DNA of 64,000 nt from positions 59,582,001 to 59,646,000 of the forward strand of contig NC_043010.1 in assembly GCF_006345805.1 (NCBI RefSeq), given 5' to 3'. Within the stretch, counting starts at the first letter, position 1, and every line of letters begins with the position of its first letter. Positions 9,861 to 24,878 of this stretch are shown piece after piece. Origin of the DNA: Octopus sinensis (Eukaryota). Made by a program: the position numbers and the translations under genes. A model generated the notes under the pieces. It was not told the DNA's origin, did not search any database, and saw only the letters and a program-made list of their open reading frames with translations.

Positions 9861-12495
9861 GTAAGTTTATTGTTCCATATTATGTATCCAGTTATATGAA
9901 ATAATAATTTCACATAGAGCTGTATTATAAATCAAAATGTCTGTTGGTGGCCATATTAAATTTTTGATTGTTCATATTTAATGTCTTCTCTCTAAACATG
10001 GCTATCAAGCATTTTGATAACAGTTATAGGAAAAGAAAAAAACGGTTTAGGAATATAATGTCCATTATTTCAATATATTTTAATATATCATATTTTTTTA
10101 TGTTGATAGGGCTTCATGTATTCAATACAATTTTCTTATTCTTAGCTAGTTTCTAAATCTGTCAGAATAATATTCTGATAGATTAACATAAATATTTTAA
10201 AGGAATTATTTTGAAATATCCTGGTGGCAGAATATTTATATTTTTAAAAGAAATTATAGAAATAGCATGGTAAAATATAAAATTAAAAAATAACAACTTC
10301 TTATTGGATATATAATAATAACAATAAGGGGAAATATCCATGAAAAATAGATATGGGTGTATAATATAAATTACTGTATATCTTTTCTTGTTTCATTATT
10401 ACTTCTTACGTTCATAGATTTTACTACATCTATCCAAAGAAGATTATTTCTGAACAGTTCCATCATACATGCTTTGATGATATTAAAAAGTATTAGTATG
10501 GTATTCTTTGTTATTGGATATTCTAAAAATTTCATTTCATGTTCTGTACTAATCTTTTAGTCTTGAAATATTTTCTTACATTTTATAGTATTGTTTGAAA
10601 ATAATCATTTTTAATTTTTGGAAATGTCTCCTTTCTAAAACAAGATACATTTTCTGTCCCTCAAAACTACTTCACTCAGTTGAGGGGTATTTTTCTGCAA
10701 GTTACTTGGTGACTTTACTGCTGCTAGGGTCAAGTAAAATACTTCCATAACACTCTGTAAAGTGATTGGTGTTAGGAAAGGCATTCAGTCATAGAAACTC
10801 TGCCTGTTCCTGTCAAACTGTCCTATCCTTGCCAGCATGGAAAATGGATGTTAAGTGATGATGATGATTATGACGACGACTAAATTATAGATACTGTACT
10901 ATAAAAAGGTATTATTGATTGATTATGATTTAATTTTATGGTTCAATAGTAGATATTAGTTTGGTATCCATAATAGAATTTCACTAAACGACTTTTCTAA
11001 ATTTGTCAGTTAAACAGTTTCTAGTTTATGTATTATATCTTCTCTTTTCTGGAATATCTGTTACTTAATATTATCATAGTGTTATGTGACTGGTCATCTG
11101 ATGTAGATCTTTTGTGCCATTGTAACTATCAGACAAATTGTATAAAGTTTAAATATATATATTTTATTGTTAATCGCTTCTGTTTCAATAGAATTGTTGT
11201 AAATATATATTCCTGTGTTAATCGTTACTCTTTCCATGTCCTGATGATAGATGATATTGAATGTCTTTCAAGCAATATTACATATAGTAATATCTTTTTT
11301 AAAATACGGTTACATCAACAAAAATAGTTTTGCCAATATCTTATGTAGATAAAACTACATATCTTGGGAGTCCATGGTCTGATTTATGTGAAACTTGTTT
11401 TATTCCATTTGTATTCACATTTCAGGGCTACCTTACTATCAAAGTATTTTCCCATTTTGTGCTGGTTTGGCTGTGATGTTGAGGAGTTTCAAAATTTGTT
11501 TTTCATTTAAAGATGCTCCCTTCCCGCTCCCATCATTTCAAGGGTTGTGGGGAAATAAAAAATATGAAAAATTACTATCAAAACAAAGTAGTTCCAACTT
11601 ATTTGGTCTTCCTGATATGAAACTCCATGTTTTTGAAACTCCTCTCCCCACCCACTTGGAAAAAATTTTCCCCACAAATTTCTTTATTATTGTAATCTAT
11701 GCTGTTTTAAAGATATTCATATGAAACTTCATTAAAAGAAATCCATTTTCCTAAAAGTTATGAGGGAAAAAATTCAGAAAGTGTGAATTTTCTGAAACTC
11801 CTCTCCCCATACCCTCAGAAAAGTTATTTCCCATAAATCCCTATATGCTCTGAATCTATAGCATGTAAGCGGTATTTCTTGAAAATTTTGTTAAAAAGTA
11901 TCAATGTTTCTGGAAGTTATGAGGCAACAACTTCAGTAGGGTACACATCTGTAGTTATGCCAAGAAAACTATCCAGGTGTTCACAGGAAGGGCAATAACT
12001 CCAGGTTTTACTGCTTAAATCTGTAGAAACAAACCCCAAAAACCTGCATGTCTCGGGTATCCATGCTCTGATTTGTGCAAAATTTGTTTTATTCCGTTTG
12101 TAGTCACATTTCAGAGGTAACTTTATTTTGTTTCAAATAAGTTTATCTTCAAAGCATGGGAATATGGTTGTTGTGTTTGTGAAGTTTCTGGCAAATGGGA
12201 GTAGCTTTATAATGACTATAACTTGAAACACTGTGCTATAAAATTAATTATAATTAATTATTAGGATAGGAAATTTAGGAATTTAAGTTATCTGTTTTAT
12301 GAGAACGAACCTATCAAATCATAATTATTGCTTTCTCATTGCAAAGATAATCTCACTGAACTCTCTTTATCATGTATGCGTAAATCTACTGTATGTGCAT
12401 TTGTCTTGCAAATTGCTCTCTTGAAGTATTCTCTCACAGCTTTCTAGTTGGTATTCATAATTAGCATCACCACTTGCTTTATTCTTCTCTCTCTC

Positions 12496-12533
<38 letters not shown>

Positions 12534-12667
12534 CTGCAATGGCTCCATAACTACCGTCTTGGCCATAACCTTGGAGCCCCAGTAATCTGTTACAGCACTT
12601 ACCTAGCATACCTAATCATTTAGGTCACCAGTGAATTGAACCCCCATACTTTGTATATAATATATAT

Positions 12668-14001
<1,334 letters not shown>

Positions 14002-14309
14002 CTAATGTAGGATAAAATTTATTTTGAGAAAAAAATTTTATCAATGGCCAGCATATCAAAAAATACCTTTAAAGGTTAAATTTATAAATAATTTACAAAA
14101 TAAGGGCAAAAGAAAAATTCTAATGCCAAATATGCCGATAAAAAGACAAACTTGTCAATAACCATTATAATTTATGCGTCTCGAAACAAACTGATAGAAA
14201 TTTCTAAAAAATCCGTTATTACCGTATTGGTCCCAATTTTGGGGTTAATTCATAAGAATTTTCCCCTCCTCAGCAATAAATACGTGAGATATAAATGAAA
14301 TACTTATTT

Positions 14310-14413
14310 CGGAGAGGCACTGAGCAGCTATACGCACACATACACACACGGCAGTAACCTCCACCTACCGAATTCAATCACAAAGCTCCGGTCGGCTCGG
14401 GGCTATAGTGGAA

Positions 14414-14448
<35 letters not shown>

Positions 14449-14915
14449 AATATTAGGGAATGAATCCAAAATTACAGGGAAAAATCAGATTTAGGGTTAA
14501 ATCCAATTTTATAGTAAAATATTATATAATATAATTCGAGACAAAACCACTATTTTAAAACCAAACAAGGAAAGACTTAATCAATACATAAAATTTTAAT
14601 ATAAATTAAATAAACCGCCACTACAAATGTTTCATGTCTGCTACCGACAATCTTCAGGTGGATTTTCGATCTTCTAATCAGTATCAAATTTTGATATATA
14701 TATATATGGAAAAGAAGGTTTATTTTTATCCTCATAGAATTTTTTGATAAATAAAGTTATTATCTGTTATTATATATCTGTTTTTTTATATATATATATA
14801 TATATGTATGTCTTCCACTATAGCCCCAAGCCGACTGGAGCTTTGTGATTGAATTCGGTAGGTGGAGGTTACTGCCGTGTGTGTATGTGTGCGTATAGCT
14901 GCTCAGTGCCTCTCC
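14310..14915. repeat. Inverted repeat pair (14310-14420 / 14805-14915)
   Basis: 'ggagaggcactgagcagc...ggctatagtggaagacat' and its reverse complement, about 2 mismatches in ~110 bp. Confidence 0.9.
14618..14661 (-). ncRNA. Minimal type I hammerhead-ribozyme-like motif
   Basis: Minus strand: CCAC-CUGAAGA-u-UGUC(ggtagca)GACA-u-GAAA-C(auuu)G-UA-GUGG; stems I and II pair and core boxes are present; base pair closing stem II is U-U. Confidence 0.6.
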
Positions 14916-15483
14916 AAGGGATATACATACATATACATACAGAGAGGGATATACATACATATACATAGGTGTTAGTGTAGATCATTTTAACTCTTGCTAA
15001 CTCAACTCAATGCACTACACCAATGAAGTCTTCTAAGAGTGAAACATGTCTATTGCTTTAACCTCTTGGATTTAAAAAGACAAAACCCACTCCAGACTCT
15101 GTTACCTTTATCTTTGAAAAATGTGAATTTCTACCATTACTTTTATGGGATTTTCCACCTCTCTTGAGTGAATTTCTGTTTTGTAATAGCAAAGATAATC
15201 TCAATTAATGAAACTTTTTGAAACTCATGATATTACACATCTAAGATTCTACTCTATGTGTATTTAGTGTCTCCCCCAAGATACTTTCCTTCACTCCTGT
15301 ATTTGATGTATTACATAAAGCAATTGATGATTTACAAATGGATTTAACTTCCTTTCACATTAATGTATATATATATATATGTGTAATATATTGACTTATT
15401 TAGAAATCATTATGTTGTATATTTTTCTTTCAGGTTAATAATGTGAAGTTTTCCTGGACACAATGTTGATATCAATACAAAAA

Positions 15484-17841
15484 ATGTTGTTACACCTGTG
15501 TGTTTTACTGACTTTCTTCCACTGTTATCTAAGTGAAGACATCACATACCATGTTGAAGAAGAGAATAGTCCCTATACCTATGTAGGGGACATTGCTACT
15601 GACCTACAGAAATCAGACAGCTCCTATTTAAAGAATAAGGATTTAATTACATTTAGTCAACTGCAACAAAAGGGAGAACAGTTGTTCAATGTGACGAGAA
15701 CAGGTAAACTGTACACTGTTGAGACATTGGATGCTGAGTCTGTGTGTAGTTATGAGAAAGAATGTTTTGAAATCGTTAAAGTTGCTGTTCACAAATCGAA
15801 GACATTTATGAAGATCTTAAAGATTAAAGTCATAATAGAAGACATCAATGACCACCAACCTGAGTTTCCAACTAAACAAGTCAACATTCAATTTTCAGAG
15901 AGAGATGGTAAAGGTTCAAAACTATCAATACCCAATGCTGTTGATAATGATATGGGTCATAAGAACAGCTTAGTAACATATGAATTAAAAAAGGATAATG
16001 GACAATTTTCTTTATCAGTTTCAAAACAAACAGATAAAATATCAACATTAGGAATTATTTTAGAAAACAAGTTAGACAGAGAAACAAAAGACAGTTACAA
16101 TATTGAAGTCATTGCTAAAGATGGGGGATCTCCACCAAAACAATCTATTTTAAATGTGAAAATATCTGTGGAAGATGAAAATGATAATCCACCGCAATTT
16201 TCTCAAAGTATCTACAATGTCTCTATTGAACATAAGCATAAAAAGAATGTTCCTGTAGTCACATTATCTGCCAGTGATTTAGATATTGGCAGGAATGGTA
16301 AAATATCTTTTTATTTTGCAAGGAAAACTGTAGGGAAAATGGAGAGGAACTTCAATTTAGATGAAAATACTGGGAAATTATATTTAGCTACATCTTCAAA
16401 AATTGATAAGGATGAGTCTTTTAAATTATACGTTGAAGCCAGAGATGATGGCAGTCCTCCTCTGAGTTCCATAGCAACGGTTATGGTAAATGTCATCAAC
16501 CAACACAACAATCCCCCAAATATTGATGTGAACTTTATTTCTACACAGAATCACAACACAGCCACCATTCTGGAAGACATCAAAGTTGGTAGTTTCATTG
16601 CTTATGTGATGGTCACTGACAACGATGTTGGACACAATGGAGAGGTGAACTGTCATATCAAAGATGACACATTCAAACTACAGTCAATGGGATCGAAGGA
16701 ATATAAAATAGTTCTAAAGAAAGCAGTAGACAGAGAGACACAGGAACATTATCACTTTACTGTGTCGTGTGAAGATAAAGGATTACCTGCTCTGAAAACT
16801 GATAAAGATCTGTCAATCCAAGTGTTGGATGTGAATGATGTAGAACCACACTTTACGAAAGACACATTCAAGTTCCTTACCTATGAGAATGACAAAGCTA
16901 ATTTCCCTATTGGCTTTATCAATGCTACAGACCCAGATATTGGTAAGGGAGGTGAATTGTCTTATTCTCTGAGAAATAAACAGCAATATCGTCTGCCATT
17001 CCAGATTATCAACTCTGGCTTTATTTCAACAAACCAGTCTTTAGACAGAGAACACAGAGATTTCTATGAGTTTGAGGTTTTTGTGAAAGACAATGGAAGC
17101 CCATCTCTGAATAACACAGTGAATGTTGAAGTGGAAGTATTGGATAGAAATGATAATGCTCCATATTTTACATTTCCTAGTGTTGACCCTTTCACTCTTA
17201 ATGTCCACTATCATCCGCAAAGTAAGAACGACATCACAGTTCTGAAAGCATCTGATATAGACAGTCACATGAATGCTTTTCTCAGGTATGAAATCGTTTC
17301 AGGTAACGAGAGACAGTTATTTAAACTGGACTCGTTCACTGGTGTGTTATCTTACTCTCGCACAGTTTACCAAAATGATGCCGGATCATATGAGCTTGAG
17401 TTTGTTGTGAAAGACAGTGGTACTCCAGTTCTGTCAGCAACAACTAGTGTGTCTTTGACACTGACTGTTAGTAACAAGACGTCACCAATGTTCACAGCTG
17501 TGCACCTACCAAGTGATAACACAATAGATGCGACATTGTTGATTATCATTGTAGTAGCAGCTGTGATAGTATCTATAGCTATTGTGGTTTCTATAACCCT
17601 GTGTATTGTGAGATGTAACAATGTGAGAAATAGCTCATCTGAAAGAACAGCAGAAGAGAAACAGGCATACCAATGTCGCAATGAGATGAGACAGTTGATC
17701 TATCAAGGTAACAACAGTGTACCTGTGATGTCAGGTAATCGAGGAGAGATGTCAGATAGATACGGTCATTCGAGGAGCCATTACTATCCTGAAGACTGGA
17801 AGACATCAACAATGAGCAGAAGTTTACCAAAAAGTATGAAG
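15484..17841 (+). CDS. Protocadherin unit 2, exon 2
   Basis: Same architecture as unit 1; acceptor ttcag|15434; in-frame upstream ATG at 15463 also possible; donor AAG|gtatgt. Confidence 0.96.
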
Positions 17842-18075
17842 GTATGTTTTAAGATTCTCTGTTGATAATTCTTTAATTATTTACTGAATAATAATAAATG
17901 TTATTTATAGTCTTCATCTGTAACTTGTTAGTTTGCTTCTTTCTTCATATTTATTTTAGTTCCGTAACATGAATGACGATTCTTATTTTAGAATGCATAC
18001 ATTTTATAAAATCTTTAATGTAATATATTTTGTTAAAATTACAATAAATGTTGGAACAAATTTTTTCTCTAACAG

Positions 18076-18229
18076 CAGAAATACAGTCAACCGATTGAGG
18101 TGACATCTTATGGAGACAACAGACCATCTTCTCACTATCCCACTGACACATTGACCAGTCGTAAGAGCAGTGGACAGTGCTGGAGTGAGCGGTCAAGCAG
18201 ACAGTATGAAGAGATACCAGCAATGTCAG
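18076..18229 (+). CDS. Protocadherin unit 2, exon 3
   Basis: 154-nt conserved exon with ag/gt boundaries. Confidence 0.92.
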
Positions 18230-18568
18230 GTAAAACAATTTTATTTATCCCTCTTAATTGGTGTGTTTATTATTTATCCCATTGATATATCTGGGAGTGA
18301 AGTCTAAACAAACACTAGGATTTTGAGGACTTCGAAAATGTTATTTCTAATAGTTTTATCACTATGAAATAAATTTATAAATTAAAAGTGTAAATCTATT
18401 TTTATTTATTAGTTAATTGTCACGTAATATGCTCAAGATTGTATAGGTCTAATTGTATAGTGAGGTATTAATCCCTTTAAAATAGTTATTTTGTAGAGCA
18501 CTTAATATAAAAGAAGGAACTGTTGACTAAAGTCAATCGTTGAATACCCATTGATATATATGTTTCAG

Positions 18569-18690
18569 GAATCTATGGTGGTGCCCCACCCGATGTATCA
18601 AGCAGCAGTGAAAGAGACCATTACCAAGACAGATATGTGAAACCTCCAGAGAGACAGTTACCTTCAACACCAGATGTTGTTGTCAGTTAA
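18569..18690 (+). CDS. Protocadherin unit 2, exon 4
   Basis: tttcag|GAATCTATGGT...GTCAGTTAA. Confidence 0.92.
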
Positions 18691-19124
18691 GTGAGACTGA
18701 GAAAGGAACACAACAGAAATAATATCACCTTCAACATTCACACAACATTTAAAACAACAGAAATATATTAGTTAGTAAATAATATTGCCTACATACAACT
18801 GAATATCTTTGTATGTATTTCAGACAAAGTATTTGAAATGTGTACATCTGGGGTAGGTTTCTGCAGATAAAAACTGATATAACATCAATTGTTCTGATTA
18901 ATCAATTCACAACACCCTATTGTTAGGTAAATGAAAGGTAAATGCAATATTGGAAGAAATCATTGATTTGTATTCCACCCAGTGAAGTAAAGTTTGACAT
19001 TAAAAAAATGTTCCAAGCAATTAATACGAACAACTTTATGATGTAAAATGCCTCCATTACATTTTAAATATAAATATAGTTTACATGGCAGCCTTAAATT
19101 TGCTAAAAAGGAGATTTAGTTTAG

Positions 19125-19632
19125 AATTAGGTCAGACACACACACACTAACTGTTATTGTGAATATTGTATTTACATTTTAAATTACACACACATTAACA
19201 ACATCAGCCATATTTTGTTAATATAACCTCTCTGTTCTAAGGATTTCTATGTCAGTCTCTCTCCACATCAGACATGTTGGTGTTATATAGACTTATCATG
19301 GCTGACTGTTAGTGGAGCTGATAGTGTGTTGTCCCTCTCTTTTCATTGTGAGGGAAAACACATCAAGTCTGAGTGAGGCTGGAGTGAGCATCACCCATCT
19401 CTCTTCCTCTCTCTGTCTCTCACTCACACCCATGCACACACTCACTAAACACCACCCATCCACAGAGGAAGACTGAGAGGGAACTGCTGGTTCCCACTGA
19501 CTCACCACCAACACTATTCCATCAACATGAAGCCATTGTCACACCATAGCAGCAGTGACACAGACAACCATTAACAACAGAACATTGGGACCAAGTCACA
19601 GTTTATACAACAAAGGATTTTACACAATGAAG
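19125..19632 (+). promoter_or_regulatory. Conserved promoter and non-coding exon 1 of unit 3
   Basis: Same conserved block ending ATGAAG|gtaagt. Confidence 0.8.
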
Positions 19633-20634
19633 GTAAGTTTATTATTCTATATTATTTATCCAGTCATGTGAAATAATAATTTCATACCCAGCCATGTTGT
19701 AACATCAAAATGTAATATTCTAATGGTGGCCATGTTAAATCTTTGTTAGTTTTCACTTGATGTCTTCCTTTCCCAACATGGCTATCAAGTAGTTTGTGAA
19801 AATCTGTGAATATATGTTTAGTCTTAGTTACTACTATTCAAAAAATTTGCTTTTATCCTTTCTATTTTTACACAATTTATCTTGTCTGCTTTTTATTGTA
19901 CATTTTTTCATATTTCCTTCATCATTCAGACATTGTATGGTCTTAGAACATTCTAAATATTGAATAAAAATGTCTTTTAAAAATATATACAACAATTCAA
20001 TTTTACATAAAAGAAATAATAATGGACAAGAATATTGGTTAAAAATTATTAATAGTTTTCAAATAGTATATTGTGCGTGTGTAATCTTGAGTGGATGTAA
20101 ATGTCCATTGCTTTATATGAGTGTTTGACGGGTATTGTTTCATATTCTCATCTTCTGTTTTGTCTCTGAATAGTAGTCATATTGAAATGTCTTATTTGTT
20201 GTCTATGGAATATATTTAATAAATTAAAATGAGAAATACGCTCTTTCTTTATTAGTAAGGGGTTGTTTTTAGTATACATACTTAATATAATTTAATTAAT
20301 AGCCCAGAAATATTTCTGACATTTCACTAATTTCTGATCATATTACTTTAACCATTGTCATCAACATTTTTTCAATGTCCATTTTTCCATGCAGTTTATT
20401 GAGTCAGATTTTCTTCAGCTTAATGCCCTTACTGTTGCCAATTCTCACTTGTTCCCAACTTAAATAATATTTCTTATTGGCTAGACATGTTTTTGTAGGT
20501 TATTGGGAATGAATGACACTGCTTCTCTATCAGTGACACTCATTTACAACTATCATACAATGTCAAAACAATGGGATACAAAGACATATGCACATAGATA
20601 TATGCACACGCTCATTTAGAAATATATATGTACA

Positions 20635-20790
20635 GTGTGCTTCTTTCAGTTTCTACCTACCAAACCTACTAATGGTTTGGTTGGCCCAGAGCTATAGTTG
20701 AAGACACTTATCTAAGGTGCCTTGCAGTGGGACTGAACCCAAAACCATGTGATTGGGAAGCAAATTTCTTAACTACACAATCATACTTGC
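20635..20790 (-). mobile_element. tRNA-derived SINE fragment
   Basis: 'gctatagttgaagacacttatctaaggtgcc...cagtgggactgaaccc...catgtgattgggaagc' is the reverse complement of a tRNA-like head (GGTTCAGTCCC); shares 'gctatagt.gaagaca' with 14400-14420. Confidence 0.65.
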
Positions 20791-21385
20791 ACCTTGTTTT
20801 AATCAAATTTGCTAATTTAGCAAATGTATTGGAAACGTGTGGTATTAAATCTGATGAAGAATATTGATTTAGTAATTATTCCTGGTTATCTGTTCCAGTA
20901 CCAATGTTTAATCTTAATTTTTTTTATGTCAGTACTGTACCAGTATATGAAAGATGATGGGATGGTCATGGCTGGAAAGCTTTGATCATGTTTTTGCTGA
21001 AGACGTGCTGACATAGATTTAAACAAAAATAATCTAGTACACCGATGCTAGTATGTAAGGCAGACCTTAAACGATGATGATGAAATGATGATATATCACA
21101 GATAACAAACATTCACCCGCAGATCACTAAAACAGTTATCACTAAATGTTTGATGCATATTTCAGAATAATTAATTCCAGATAAATTTAGATTTTCTTTT
21201 TTACATAATTATATTTCCCTTTCAGTTATAGGAAACAATTCATTATAAATTTGTTGATTATTTAATTATTGAAATATTTCGAATTAGTTTGATATTTAAA
21301 TAGATATGTCATTCTCATACATGTTAAGTTTGAAGTAATCAGCTAAATCTGCCTCACCTTACCAAGCAAGCGCTTTCCTTCGCAT

Positions 21386-21446
21386 GGGCATATGGCATAG
21401 TGGTTAAGAGCGCAGGCTACTAACCCCAAGATTCCGAGTTTGAATC
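21386..21446 (+). mobile_element. tRNA-like SINE head or tRNA pseudogene fragment
   Basis: 'tggcatagtggttaagagcgcaggctactaacccc...gagtttgaatc' has A-box and B-box-like motifs; no 3' acceptor strand. Confidence 0.6.
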
Positions 21447-21502
21447 ATAACAACATTGAAAAATACCTTAGGAATGAGAAATCATGTTTGAAATTTCCCC
21501 AA

Positions 21503-21550
21503 GACACCTGATGAAGGCTGGAGGATATGTCAGCCGAAACATGTTGACAA
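21503..21550 (+). ncRNA. Hammerhead-ribozyme-like core in a repeat fragment
   Basis: CUGAUGA-a-GGCUG(gaggatatgt)CAGCC-GAAA-CAUGUU; perfect 5-bp stem II and palindromic stem III; stem I 3' strand degenerate. Confidence 0.55.
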
Positions 21551-22520
21551 GAAACAAGATGAGGACAAATGAGGAATGTACACAATTCCTCATCTCTTAA
21601 ATATAGAACTGTAGAATTTTCTTTGTCATGCATCAGGTTGCTACTTATCTAATGAATAGGTGAATCAAATAATGAACCAAATTATTTTATAAAATTATTT
21701 TGTTTGAAGTGACATAGATGTTAAATTATAATTTCATCGGAAGTAAGTGCTATTGACAAAGTATTATTTATTTCTTATAGGTTTAGTATATGAAACTGAC
21801 CAGTAACAAATCAATATATATTGTATCATTACTGTGTTATATGGATAACAATATTAGAAATTTCAGTCTCTAATTTCACCTGTCTTCTATAAAATACAGG
21901 CATCCTTACAATTATAAGATTATTGCTCTTTTTGATTCTGGTTAATATATTTGTGATGGTGTTTCATACACACACGCACACACGCACACATGGACACATG
22001 GACACACACACGCACGCACACGTAAAATACATAACTAAATTTAGTTGAAAATTCTTAAAAATTGTTAGGTTTAAGGGAAATAACTCAAAGTTACTTCCAT
22101 ACTATTTTTTGCTTTTTGACGTATAAAAATATCGATAGTATGTTAACTTCCAGTTTTAAAATATAGATAAAATACATGATCTTGCTCACAATGTATCTGT
22201 CTCATCTTTAGTTAATTTACTTCATGATGATACAGATTTGTTTCACATTGCTTATTTGAAAATAGGTGGCAAAAATATTGCAATTTTTTTCAGTCATTGA
22301 ATCTTAATATACATAATTAAATTTAGTGAAAATTTGTAATTATAACTCTTGTCCACGTGTACATGTTATTAAAAATAGTAGCATTGCTGTTCTTCATTGA
22401 GTATATTTTTATGAACAAACTTGGTTTGCTGAATCCATACATTTTTTATTAACATGATATACATATTTTTTGTTTCAGGTTTAATTTTACAAACCACCTT
22501 TTTCCTGGACAAGATCAGAA

Positions 22521-24878
22521 ATGTTGCTGTTTCTCTGTGTTTTATTGACTTTCTTCCACTGTTATCTAAGTGAAGATATCACATACCATGTTAAAGAAGA
22601 GAATATTCCTCATACCTATGTAGGGGACATAGCTACTGACCTACAAAAATCAGACAGCTCCTTCCTAAAGAATAAGGATTTAATTACATTTAGTCAACTG
22701 CAACAAAAGGGAGAACAGTTGTTCAATGTGACGAGAACAGGTAAACTGTACACTGTTGAGACATTGGATGCTGAGTCTGTGTGTAGTTATGAGAAAGAAT
22801 GTTTTGAAATCGTTAAAGTTGCAGTTCACAAATCCAAGACATTTATGAAGATCTTAAAGATTAAAGTCATCATAGAAGACATCAATGACCACCAACCTGA
22901 GTTTTCTGAGAAAGAAATCACGCTATACTTTGGTGAAGGTGATGGTAGAGGTATGAAGAAAACCATTCCTAATGCCATCGACAAAGATAACAGTTATGAG
23001 AACAGCATTATTAAATATGAACTACAAGACATTGATGGACATTTCTCTCTATCAGCTTTCAAGCGTGCAGATGGCATATCATCATTAGAAATTATTTTAG
23101 AAAAGAAATTAGACAGAGAAAAGAAAGACAGTTACAATATTGAAGTCATTGCTAAAGATGGGGGATCTCCCCCAAAACAATCTGTTTTAAATGTTAAAAT
23201 ATCTGTAAAAGACGAAAATGACAACAGACCACAGTTTTCTCAAAGTATCTACAATGTCTCTATTGAACATAAACATAAGAAGAACATTCCAGTAGTCACA
23301 GTATCTGCCAATGACTTAGACATTGGCAGGAATGGTAAAATATCTTTCTATTTCAGTCCGAAGACTGATATGCAAATGAAACAGTACTTTAATATTGATG
23401 AAAACTCTGGGAAAATATTCTTAATAAAATCTTTAGAGGTTGACACCAAAAATTCTTTAAAATTATACATTGAAGCTAAAGATAATGGAATTCCTCCTCT
23501 CAGTTCCATAGCAACCGTTATGGTAAATGTCATCAACCAACACAACAATCCCCCAAATATTGATGTGAACTTTATTTCTACACAGAATCACAACACAGCT
23601 ACCATTCTGGAAGACATCAAAGTTGGTAGTTTCATTGCTTATGTGATGGTCACTGACAATGATGTTGGACACAATGGAGAGGTGAACTGTCATATCAAAG
23701 ATGACACATTCAAACTACAGTCAATGGGATCGAAGGAATATAAAATAGTTCTAAAGAAAGCAGTAGACAGAGAGACACAGGAACATTATCACTTTACTGT
23801 GTCGTGTGAAGATAAAGGATTACCTGCTCTGAAAACTGATAAAGATCTGTCAATCCAAGTGTTGGATGTGAATGATGTAGAACCACACTTTACGAAAGAC
23901 ACATTCAAGTTCCTTACCTATGAGAATGACAAAGCTAATTTCCCTATTGGCTTTATCAATGCTACAGACCCAGATATTGGTAAGGGAGGTGAATTGTCTT
24001 ATTCTCTGAGAAATAAACAGCAATATCGTCTGCCATTCCAGATTATCAACTCTGGCTTTATTTCAACAAACCAGTCTTTAGACAGAGAACACAGAGATTT
24101 CTATGAGTTTGAGGTTTTTGTGAAAGACAATGGAAGCCCATCTCTGAATAACACAGTGAATGTTGAAGTGGAAGTATTGGATAGAAATGATAATGCTCCA
24201 TATTTTACATTTCCTAGTGTTGACCCTTTCACTCTTAATGTCCACTATCATCCGCAAAGTAAGAACGACATCACAGTTCTGAAAGCATCTGATATAGACA
24301 GTCACATGAATGCTTTTCTCAGGTACGAAATCGTTTCAGGTAACGAGAGACAGTTATTTAAACTGGACTCATTCACTGGTGTGTTATCTTACTCTCGCAC
24401 AGTTTACCAAAATGATGCCGGATCATATGAGCTTGAGTTTGTTGTGAAAGACAGTGGTACTCCAGTTCTGTCAGCAACAACTAGTGTGTCTTTGACACTG
24501 ACTGTTAGTAACAAGACGTCACCAATGTTCACAGCTGTGCACCTACCAAGTGATAACACAATAGATGCGACATTGTTGATTATCATTGTAGTAGCAGCTG
24601 TGATAGTATCTATAGCTATTGTGGTTTCTATAACCCTGTGTATTGTGAGATGTAACAATGTGAGAAATAGCTCATCTGAAAGAACAGCAGAAGAGAAACA
24701 GGCATACCAATGTCGCAATGAGATGAGACAGTTGATCTATCAAGGTAACAACAGTGTACCTGTGATGTCAGGTAATCGAGGAGAGATGTCAGACAGATAT
24801 GGTCATTCGAGGAGCCATTACTATCCTGAAGACTGGAAGACATCAACAATGAGCAGATCTCTTCAAAAGTCTACAAAG
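22521..24878 (+). CDS. Protocadherin unit 3, exon 2
   Basis: Six cadherin repeats plus TM; acceptor ttcag|22479; donor AAG|gtaagc. Confidence 0.96.

Noticed and set aside
21386-21446. Functional tRNA gene
   Set aside because: Anticodon stem is imperfect and the 3' acceptor strand is missing; better explained as a SINE head.
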